The notes under the pieces were generated by a model. It made no database searches. It had not been told where the DNA came from and saw only the letters and a list, made by a program, of their open reading frames with translations. Of a stretch of 33,974 nucleotides of DNA, positions 14,501 through 26,500 are shown piece by piece. Origin of the DNA: Choristocarpus tenellus KU-1152 (lineage: Eukaryota; Protista; Phaeophyceae); the NCBI GenBank assembly GCA_964200185.2, contig CAXNAD020000058.1, positions 1-33,974 on the forward strand, in the 5' to 3' direction. Position numbers and translations under genes: made by a program. How positions within the stretch are numbered: position 1 is the stretch's first letter; each line of letters begins with the position of its first letter.

Positions 14501-17500
14501 GGTGAATATTTGGTCTGGAATTGAAAGGTTTTCTTCGTGTTTCAACTGAGATAATGATATGAAATCTTACTACAAACAACCCCTGAGACTTGTTGTTGAG
14601 CACACTACAGGACTTGAGCGTGTCATCCATCATAATATATCTGTGCAATGGCTGTGCATAGGGTGGTAAGAGATCAAGGATGGGCCGCTCACATTCTTGA
14701 GAATCCCCTTGACGTCTGTGTCGATACCCTCGAACCGCTTTGCATCCTCAGGCAGTTCACGCTTCACCTCATCAGATCCAATGAACAATGGCTCAAGGTA
14801 CGACCAAGTTCGTTGAATCTCTTGAAGTAATGTGAACACATCACTGCAAGTGGATTGTGCACGGATTGGAGGAAAGGCATGTGCTATCGCTTTGACGGTT
14901 CCTCAGACAAATGTGGATGACAAATGTGGATGCAGCATTACTTGAGGTGTCAAGTTTAGCAGTTGCAACCTGGACTTATCATCATAGCCAATGTTCATGA
15001 GGCCAATTATCCATTTTGAATTTTTTTTCACCTGACCATGCTGAGCTGTTTCTGCCAGCCTGCAACCTCTTCCTCAAACTGTGCCAGGTATCTGGATGCC
15101 ATCATTCCTTGAACTACAAGTTGATCTGCCTGAGGTCAATGTTCATGGTTCATTGCCCAGGATAGTGCACACATGAGGGCAATTCAAGTGCAGACTACTC
15201 CGCAGGACTCTGAATACACTCTGCACCTTCATATTGGCATTTTAAACACTATTCCTTCTCAGATTATGCCAGAATTGAGGAGGTAGGGCCTGTTGTAAGG
15301 TGAATGCCACCTATTGAGTGGTACTAACATACAGGGGATTCCATTTGCGTAGACATTTATTTGAATATTCCCCTTCCCTAAAGCTCAATCTTGGCATCTC
15401 TTCCTTTGATATTTTGTGTATCTGCTGTGAGGGGAGCAATCTCAGATGTTACACACAAACTCTAATATGTTACCACATCCAGCTACATCTTGAGTCTCAG
15501 GGCATGTGTGTGTTGTGACACTGATGGCTGTGAATTAATTAATGCACTATAGCTACCAGAATGCTGGTAGTACATATTCCCACATTCTTTATCTAAACGG
15601 CATTCTCCCAGCTTTACCTCAAGTGCCTCAAAGTCTTCCTCTGCTATTTTAAGCAGTGTGACATCTGTTCCATTGTACAAGTCCATTAGCCATTCAATAG
15701 CTGCCCATCGCTCTGACAGTTGCCCAAGTGTAACTTCCATCTTTTCCTCTTTGATTGCCTGAAAGTATTGTACAAGTCAAGCGTTGTACAAGTCAAGCGC
15801 TTGGTACAGTTTTCTAGGTATTGGGGGCATATCTTGCTGGGGTCCATGTAATTAAAAATAAGTTGCACAACAGGACTGTGTGAGTATGCATGTGTTGTTT
15901 GTAATTGATAAAGTTTCAACACAAAGAAATCTTGCCCTATCGGAAAAGATTTATGGTTTCCTGCATTGTAACTGATGCAGAATATGGGTCCATTATCTGT
16001 GTTGGTAGGCTTCTCTCCCCCATATGGTGCAGTCAAAGAGTTCACTAACAACACATAGCAAAGAAACCAAAAACACTCTATCTCTAGATGATTTGGAATA
16101 AAGGAAGCAAAACTTTCTGTTCCAAAAAATATAATCACGGGCACAGAATGTGATCCTGTTATATCAAAACATAGGGAAGTTGAGGGAAATACAGGATACT
16201 GTTGCATGCCAGCTACGCTCAGTTTTTCTTGTTCAGGAAGTTTTGGAGGAGGGTTGTACACTAACCTAAATTATATCACACTCTGAAATATCTGGCAAGA
16301 ATTGTGGGATTATGTAGAAAGCCATTCAAACTTGTCCAGGACTATGGATAGTTGACAGACAATCCACCTTCATGATTCCTCAATGAAAGCAAACAGTAAC
16401 ATGAACTATATCTGTAAATGGGTGAATTCTACTAATTACCTGGTCAGCAATCTCCTCAACATCTGAGCTGAATTCATGAAGGTTTAGTGCCAGCAACCCA
16501 CCTAGTTTGAGCTCAGCATCTTGATATGGAGGAATAAAAGTCTTGCCTGTTAATGTGAGGAAGTTGGGGAAGGGGGGGAGTGGGACTTGCCTTGACACAA
16601 AATCTTGCTTGTGGTTGGAGGGGGGGAAAGGAAGAGGGTAATTCATGTATGAATGTCGAACACTTAGATACCTGTGCCATCAGGCTAGAAGGTAGGGGTT
16701 GCTGGACATCCTTTCTCACTTCATCTTTATCTGACTGCTCTAGGGAGATGGGAATGCAGTTCAGGCTAGATTCGATCCTGCAACCTTTGCCATTGCCGAT
16801 CACGGGCGTACCACTTTACCACCGAGGCAGATACTAGCAGGATCGTTTACATCCTGGCACACTGGTATGTCAATCTTTAACGAATAAGAGTCCAGGGGTC
16901 ATACGTTCGAATTTCAGCTGGATTGCCTTCCCTACTTCCTACAGGGAGAGATTTGCTCAAATGTTGAGACACTTTTGTTCCACTAGGGAAGATATGTCCA
17001 GTGGGAAGAATGATATCTCAATACTTGACATTTTACGACTCCAGATTTAGCATCTTTTGATGTGGAGTAAATCATTCGAAAAATCCGGAATATCTCTTGG
17101 GCAGACTCGGTGTTCTCTGGAGAGTAAGGTCGGATATAGGGCTGGTGACTGAGAGTATCCATGGCATTGTCTCCTTTCCTTTCCCGGTGGAATATTACGC
17201 TCTATCTATTGCTGACATGTCTAAATTGCTTGCCTGTAGCCTTCATGAGCATATCCCAGTGCCGCGGGCGAATCCCTTTGTTCCCCAAGAGTGAGATGAG
17301 TGGAATGGTGTTCAAAAAGTCCTTTCCCATCTTGTCCACAGCCTGCATGTGTGCAGTAGAATTATGCATCATACAATGACGTGAGTATGAACTACAAAGT
17401 TTTAAGTTCTTGGCTTGACTTGGTCTGCATCAGACAGAATAGCAGTGATACACCAAGAAAATATAATGTCAGCATTGTCTTTGGTCTTACTTGGGCAACA

Positions 17501-20500
17501 TAGGACCAACTCAATAAGAATGGGTTGCCTGAACTATTTCTACAGCGAGGAGGTTTGGCCACTATTTTCTTTTTTTATTGCTTTGAGCACACCACAGAGT
17601 CCACTGCTCTCCGTGTATTGGAGCTGAGATATTAGATATTAGATATTAGATATTAGATATTAGATATTAGTTATTACCTTGAATGCTGCACACCAGCGGA
17701 TATCCTTGTGTCCAACTGCCTTCACGTTCTTCATCTGCGCCTTGGCATCATCTTCCAGGGTTTCAGGCACCACCTGAAGTTTTGAATGACGTGTTCAAAC
17801 ATATGCCAAAATGTACAACACATGAAGCATATTTTCTCTGTCCAAGTTGCATCCAGAGGTGAAGAATAGAGTACTAGACCATCCATAGAGACTCAAATAC
17901 TTTGGCCAGTTCGAATGCCCACTACCGCCGCCTCTCTCGGATTGATGTTTTGGGATACCTTCCTGGCAACAGGGTTCAGTGTGACGAGGTGACCCATGCC
18001 AATTGCTGGTAGTGTGCCACAACAAACTAATTTTCCAGAACTGATGTCGTTCCAGAGGGTCTCCTCTCACCATAATTAGTGTTCAACTATTAGTAACCCA
18101 AACTAGTACTGAAACCACAAGAGCTAGTATTTGAGATGTGGAGTATCACAACCTACTGATTGCTGTATACACGTGGACCACAAATGCCAAGGCAAGACCA
18201 TCTTACCTCAGACCAGAGAACCTCTTTGCTATCCTGTATGAACGTTTGGAGCTCTTCGCATATGTCCCACACCTATTGCACACAGTTGAGTGAGTAGTTG
18301 CAGGCTTTGCAAAGGGGGTCTTTGCTGTTATACAAATCATTGGCCACACACATCATGAACAACAAAATTATTGTGGAATGGTGCATTGTAAGTACTTTCC
18401 AATTTCACCCTCTCCCAACTAAGATCAGCTTCGACCCACACAAATATCATGAAGATATTTCGGATTGTAGTGTTCTGGTGCATGTTCTAACATGCTCATG
18501 AGTATCAGATTGAAATGACCAACGATGACTATGCCTCCACCTTGTACATATGCTTGCAGTCTGACTCCATTCGACTGATCATTTGCTGGCTCTCTTGGAT
18601 GAGGGTAGGGAAGTCAAATATGACACACAGGTGGGCACAAGCCTCAAGCTTAGATCTCTCTTTCACTAGTGCTGCCTCAGCCTCAGCCAGAGCATTTCTT
18701 CCTCCTTCCGGCTGAGACTCAAAGGCCCAGAATGGGAGAACTTTGAAAGCCTCCATCTGCCAGGGTGCAAATATACATAGAATATATTACCAAGAACCAG
18801 TGAGCACAATCAGTGGGCAAACCATTGAGACATTATTAATGAGGAAGCAAGTATTGCAATCAGGAGCTAGCTCCATTTACAACGCTTGCAAAGGAATATT
18901 GTTCTCTATGGTTCAAATCCTCCATCTCTCCTTCCCTTTGGTGTGATAAATCTAACACCTGCTCCTTATGTAAATGTTACTCGTAGGATACTTCACGAAA
19001 TAACTACAAGTCAACTGGCTTTTTCCCTGACCCAGTTGGTGAGCAAGTTTTCCATTGCATCCATCACTTCTTTTACTTTGATGCATTTCCTAAAGAGTAC
19101 AAAACAGAATCGTAGTTTATGCAATTCATTCCAAGTATACACCTTGGTCCTTCCTTCCTCCATGCAGCAGTCTAAACCGCTACAGAGAGAAGTTACTAAC
19201 CTGCTCAGTGACCCTGGCCTGGTAGTTCTCAATCTCCTCCTCAGTCTTCTCTGACCACAACTTGGTGAGAGGCACGAGACTTGTTTGTGTTGTTGGTGTC
19301 TGAGACAACACGTCATTCCATATAGTTGCAGCGTTGTCCAGTGTGTCTAGGAGCCTAACCCCATTATGAAAGGAGGACACCAAAGGTGTCGGGATGGTTA
19401 TTTTTCATCTACACTTCTCTTCTGCCTCATTTTTTCTCAGACAAACCGCTTTGACGTGGGAGCCGCCATCATCTCAATATTTTAAAAAGCGAGTGTGTGA
19501 AATACATCTATTCATTTTTTTAGCAATCAAGGCAAACAATGTCTGCTAGTGTGTTCCGCACTTCTTCCAATCATGTTTAGTAGAGACCATCGGACCCTAT
19601 GTATTCTGTGGCTCACCTGTCCATGTTCTTCTCCCCCATTTTCTTGAGAACTAGCAAGCAAGCACGATTGGCATTGACCCTTAAATCAAGCTCCTTTTGT
19701 CGATCCTCTACACTCTTGAGGTGTTCCTTGCACTTGATGAGTTGATGGCGATCATCCTTGGGAATAGCCTTCAGAAAAGAGAACGGAATATTAAAAACAC
19801 AGGCTCTTCAGCATCGGTGGAATCTCTAAAACCTACCACCTTGCTTGGGACATCTAATTGATTCAGTAGAGGAAATTATTTATCATGCCAATGAGGATAG
19901 TCAAGGGCTTGCAAAAAAAGGACTTGATGTTAATCCCTAGGTATTCCTCTCAAGATGCTCACGGGAATATGCCTTGCAAATTGCACTCATAAAATATTTT
20001 CCAAGTAGATACCTTCTGACTGGCATTAGGAAGGACTCAATAATAGGCTCAAAAAGTGATGGTGGTTGGCGTCGGATACTACAACGACTGGCTTGATTCA
20101 AGCTAGAATTTCTCTCCACTATGACACACGTTGTGCCAGCAACATCTGTGACGTCCACACCAGGAGTGTCTCATTACCTTCCGCAGACCCTTTAGTGTCC
20201 TGGTGGAATACTCCTTCAATTCTTTGGAGCTGTCACGGATATATGCAAGCATGAGTGGTCCGTTGAAGAGGTTGTTGTCACTCTCCGCCCCCTCTTGACA
20301 GGATGCCATGAAGGGGGATCCACAAATTGGCCCAGCAATACCCTGATCCAATATGTTCAAATTCCAGGTGCTTGTGTAGTCAACGTAGTATTTTTTTTTC
20401 TTTGTGACAAGAAAAAAAAGAAGAAAAAAAACTGCACATACAACATTTCAAGTCAGCATCTCTCGCTGTGGAAGCACGGATTTGACCAGTTCTGAATGAC

Positions 20501-23500
20501 CCAAGAAGAGGAGGATTCTCACCTGAAAAGTCCCGAGGAAGTCAACCTCCACCCGATACTGACCAGGATGTTCAGGAACGTATGTCACTGTGTATGTTCC
20601 GTCATCGTTATCCTGGAATGAAGGAGTGTGCAAGGGAAGTTGAGATTTCATTGATGACAAGAGTAGAAGAATTCACAACGTCACAATAAAGTGAAGACCA
20701 GAGTGAAAGAGACTGAACTCACTTCTTGAATGAACAACCTTGGGCACTACTGACAATTCTCTTTTTCTATGTTTTTTTCCTTCATTGTTGCCAGTGGTAA
20801 TCATGAATAACAAAAATGACCACAATGCAGTTGTGTTGCATCAAAGGACATGTGTGTGTGTTATGCAGCACTAGTCATTCATTCTTTGCCCTTCTAACCT
20901 TGTGCCCCCACCTCCTAGGGCAACTCTTGCAGAGGGTACTTACTGTTCGATTGTTAGGTTGAGTCTATATGTTGCAATAAGAAAAATGTTTGCACTGATA
21001 GGATATCCCAATAAACTCCATTGATCTTAAATATTTCTGTACTCCCAACCCCTCAAAAAAATTAATAGTGAAAATGTTGGCTCACCCAAATGACATTGCA
21101 CTGTCTCAAATATTTTGTGGGTGTAACTCCACAGAGTATTCTAGTAGTGTTGGAAGGGTTGTACTGCCCTCAACTTTCCCTACCTGGACAACAACTGGGA
21201 TTCCTTCGAAGTTTTCCTCCCCATGTTCTTCTTCCCCGTCCTCTTCCTTGGGCTTGGCTTTTGTCTTAGCTTTGATACGCTCAGCTTCTTCCTGTAAATT
21301 GGTGACAACCACCTTGAACTCGTCCTGCCCACATACACGGTCGTTCCCAATCTGATGTCCAGAAATCATTTCCCACAGACAGTCAAAGATTGTCAATGAT
21401 TAGGCTTTCGTATTGAAAGTATTCTGGTAGAATACTTTAAAGAGGAGTGAAAGTATCTTAGAGGGTACGAATTTTTCCCTGTTTGTCCATTTGAGGCTTG
21501 GCTTCCCACGGGTTTTAGTGACATTTTACCTACTCCATTTTGGGGTAGGTAAGATGTACACGTTATGAAAAGGAGTTTCCAGACAATGATATTGACATCT
21601 CCTAACAAACATGATAGCCAAAATTACATAAAAATTGCAACATTGGATTTTGGTCCCCAAATGGACACAGCTCTACCCTCTAAAGTACATAGACTCAGAG
21701 TTCTTTGTGGAACTCCAAAACATGACCCTTGATTGTTGCTGTGCTGATTAGTCTTGATCTCTGTAGGGGAAAAAATGTAGTACAAACCAAGAGATATGCA
21801 GAGTGTGACAAGGTAGCACCAACTACTTCCATGTGGTATCACATGGACTTGAGCTATTCCAATTTACCTCACAATTACTGGATTTGGTGGAGAATATCAG
21901 AGAGGCACCGTCACTGCATGTGCAAGGACTCAACCAGGACACTGAACTCCTTGATATCAAAGGTGGTAACCTGTAGGATCTTCCTCCACAACCCTGGCGT
22001 AGTCGTCAATTACATGTTCCTGTAGTGCTGCTCTACCGTACATGGTTCTGACAAATATGCAGCGCATAGTATACCTTGTCTCTTGCTTGTATCATAAACA
22101 TGACTGGAATGCCAGGTGCGAATCCATCCAGTACTCCAGGTCCAAAGGCGACAGTCTTCGTGGCATCTCCTACACTGAAATACTGAAACTGAACTGTGGT
22201 ATTTGTGAGAGATTTTGACCCAATAGCCAAGCGGCATTCAGCCTGCCAAAGTGGAAATGAAAGAGGGAAAACCACTGAGCTCTAAGAGATTTAAGCATCT
22301 ATAAAGAGGAGATGAGTGTGCTACCGTCTTCCTGACTTGAAGGGTAAAATGAGGTCAAATATCGCAATGGCTTACAGTAAAATGCAACTTGAAGACTGTT
22401 GCAAAGGAGCAAGAGCTTGCCAGCCAGTCCAAAGAAACATCTGAGACCAGTATCAAGAACAAACGTGGGTGTCCATTGCTGAAGTGCATGTTACGCTCCC
22501 ACCCCCCTTACCTGCCACCAAAATAACGTCTGCTGAGAGGCAACTGCTGGTATTATCCAATTATGAAGGGCGTTAACAAAATTGAACTAGGTGACTCTGT
22601 ATTATATTTTCCACCCCTCTTTGAGGTAGATTGAAACCCTCTCTCTCAAACAATGCAACAAGTTTCCAACTGCAAAATCGTAGCACTGTGGGTTGCTCTA
22701 TAAAGTGCATGGACACACCTGCATTGGTCCAAACTTTTCGAAATTGGGTGTCACAAAGGACACCTCCGTATCGCTGACAACATTTCCCTCAGTTTCTACA
22801 AAACCTTTGGGGCATGTAAAGCGTAGACTAACAGGCCCACTGACGGAAGAGAAACCCATTCCCTTGATCTGTGGTCAGCATTGGGGAGCCTTTGAGTTCG
22901 AATGCATCAGGTTGATGGCATGATTACATTTTAGGCAATTGTAGTCAGGGAAAGCGCCAATAGTATGGCATTCATGGAATGCTAACCCCGACTCTATCTT
23001 TTCTGTAGCCAGGGATCTGGAGTGCCATGCACGCCAGCTAATGATTGGGTGCTAAAAGTATGGCCATACCTATCAGCCATATTTCCTTCCCATCACCCAT
23101 GTGTGCTCCAAGATGGCATGTTCAAGTGTTCGATGAATATGAGTTTTTTTCTATGACTTTACAGCAGTGGTTGCTTGACTCTTGTCTTATGCATTTGTTT
23201 CTGCATTTGAGATCACAGCCTCATCCAGGATTGTAAGGATCTGTTGCCTGTGGACAATCCTCACCATTGCCTCTGTAGAACCTGTAATTGCCCCAGTTTC
23301 TGGCTTCATCGACTCAAGAGAGTAAGGTGGTCCAACCACCTCACCCACAGAGCACACATGGAACTCACCCCACCTGCAGTAGAACAAAAAGATTTTCATT
23401 AGAAGGATTAGTAACTCTTCAATTCCTAGTACTTGTAGGACATTGTTTCATTCACAACCATAAATGCTCAAGAATTCCAGCATTGGAACTTGTCACTGTC

Positions 23501-26500
23501 ACTGTGGTGGAAGAAATTTGCTCCAGATTTCAAGCAGTGCATGCTGGTTAGCAGCAACCTATAGATAGAAATGAGATCTCAATTTGATTGTACTCACCAC
23601 TTATTGGCCCATCCCCCAAAAAGAAGCAACCGAGAGTTGTTGCTGTCATAGATAACCTGCAAGAAATGACACACAATATTATATCATATTTTCTTATGTT
23701 CCTGCCCAGTCTCTTCAGGAAGCAACCAGGGGCAACGAAGACTTTCAAGGCAACAACAAGAGTGACGCAAGCAATATATCTCCTATTTGAATGATTGGAA
23801 AAATGAAGTAGGAGAGGTTGTTGAAAAGAACAAACCTCAGTGAACCAGACCTATTGAGCATATGGTTTGCCTACGGTTGATGTATCTCCCATGCCGGCAA
23901 GTGAGACTCACGAAAACTTGTTGTCCTGCAATCATTCCATCATCACAAGCATGTCCCTTTGTTCCATCAACAGCTTTTCAAGTAGCAATGCAATAATTGC
24001 AATACTAATGTGCTGTTACCTGACTGTCAGATCGAGGCTCAGGAGGTTCTCCAGTAATGCAAGTAGAAGCCCATGTATTACTGCCAGTATCCAGAACGCA
24101 CAGGTCATTCAAGAACTCGCCCTGCATTATGTATGACCCAATACAAGTGAGTAGGAACAAGCTTGATTTGCTCAGAGATGGAGTGCAGTTCCTATCCCTG
24201 TCTCAGCAGCCCAACAGATAAGCTAGTTCTTCACTACTGTCATTTTCTATACTCTTTTTCACCTGAGGATTTCCCCCCTCTGCCAGGTTACCACTGTTCC
24301 CCCCGAAAACAAAGACCTTCCAGTGTGGAACAGCAAAAACCCCCACTGCAGAGTGGTTCCATCGAGGGGGACCCCAACATTCTCCACTCCCGCATTCAGC
24401 CTTGCTCCAGGTCCAGCCTTTGGTATCAAGAATGAAGAGATCGTCGAACTGCTGCACAGAGTTCCAGCCTCCACAAAGATACAATCTATCCTTCGCCACG
24501 ACCATCTGCATATATACAAAAAGTGTAAGAGATCAAGGATGTAGGAGACTGTATTGTGAACTTATCCTCCTTACTCAATGCAACCAATACTTTATCCTAT
24601 TCATTAGCATTTTTTATGCTCCTCTACAACAGCTCAGTACTCTTTGTGTGTGTGATATGGCATAAAAGTAAACTTGTGTTGAGACCTATCCTCTTCATTC
24701 TCATTCCTGCTTTAAATGGCGTTGGATATTCTCTAGATATAGTTTGTAATGAGTGTGTCCAGTACCAAGTGACCTGAGGAGGTTTTTTACTGTGAATTGA
24801 AATCCTTGTTCCCTTCCAGATTTATGTTTTGAGACATATTGCAAGAATAGATTTATGCAGAACATGCCCTTACAGAGTGGCACAGGTCCTATTTCCAGTC
24901 TAGGTGCTGGGACGGCTTCTTTTCCAGGCATTTAGATTTGCAGGACCCTACTCAAGAGTGCATGTACTAATATGGGCAATATAACAGCACTCAAGGTAGT
25001 TGGGAACTGCTTAGACGTTGATAGTAGAGTGCATTGTGAAGGAGGTGCGTACAGCACATCTTAATAATTGTAATATAATTTTGTTCCCCTCCCTTGCAAG
25101 GTGAGGTATTTCCAATCAGTACTGATAGCATGCCTTAGTTTCCAAAATATCAGGATGAAGATTTGAGTGCTTCTTATTCACTCGAAGAATAGACAAGACA
25201 GGAGAACAGGCTATATTCACGCCAATATTGTTGTTTCTGTACAAAACTGATTAAGCCATAAGAAATTTGAAATAGCATAGGGCTAGAGAAAAATGTCACC
25301 CACCCGAACCTTAGCAGGAATGGGGTCTCAATGAATAGATTCATCCACCACCAAAGGCGCAGGTGCATTTGGAGGTAGTGTAACATGTATGCAACAATCT
25401 AGTCCTTCACAACCTGTCCTAGCTGACTTGAGCATTCACTGTAGAAGAATTGTATGCAATACCTGAGAAACACAAGTACCCTTGAAATAGAGCTAAGAAC
25501 GTTTCAAGGGAAGTAAGAAAAGGAACCACTCTTGTGGCTAACCTGATGTCCAGATCGAGGTTCAGGTAATTCCCCAGTTGCATCTATCTCCATCCACTCC
25601 CATGTCTCAAGGTCAAGCACCTTTAAATAAAAAGGGAAAAGTGAAGTTAGGGCGAAGGCTGTGCCATGAACTTAAGGCTGAGCGCCAAAGCATTTAAGTG
25701 GGTAGGGCTGCATCTGCTTGGGATCTTAAATCCAATGTGGCAATATTGACGAATTTTGGCTATTGAGTTTGTTAGCAAGTGTCAATATCCTTGCTATGGA
25801 TATTACTTCTTTAGTCCCATACATTTTACCTACTCCGAAATCTGAATGTTCACACAGAAAAACCTAAAAAGGGTATAAAATACCCTTTGGAAGCGAGGCC
25901 CCAAACAGATAAACAGGGGAAAATTCCTACCCTCTCAAATACTTTAGCTCTGAAATATCTTGCAAAGTAGATTCATTCTCAGAGAATAGTATGAAGGGTT
26001 TGGGAATGAATAGGAATGAATATTTTCTTGGGCAACTAGAAGTAAAAAATATGGAAATAACCTTATTCTACTAGAGTGCTGTGAGATCAATGCACAAGAA
26101 CCAGAGGTGCCAGATGCATGCACTGGATTGTAGTGCATTTTATACACAGCTGCAGCAGGCTCAAAGTATCTGGGGGGGGGGGGTGGCGACTGTCCATTCG
26201 GAGCCCATTTTTCCATGTCACGATTTTTTGGTGATTTGGTTGCATGTGTAGGATGGATATTGCAAGTGCTCTTCTCCTGGTCGGGGCCCAAATGCACACC
26301 CTGGTGTAGACCCCCCGCGCCCCCCCCAGATACTTTGAGCCAGCAGCATATATACCCTTGAACGAGAGGGTGGTGGAATGCCATATGAAACACCCATAGC
26401 GAGGTGAACGGCTCTATAACAACAAATCTTGGTCCTCACATGGAGATGTACTTACAAACTATACCGTGGAAGCGAGGTAATATCCACCTGTTTCTCCTGC

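Noticed and set aside
14904-14985. Possible intronic box C/D snoRNA (ATGATGA...CTGA on the minus strand)
   Set aside because: There is no terminal stem and no rRNA or snRNA complement that I recognise. The putative guide is a local tandem duplication.
19032-19089. Cryptic AG/GT-flanked exon in a dynein intron
   Set aside because: At 58 nt it would cause a frameshift. The neighbouring exons already join in phase and follow the expected homologous sequence.
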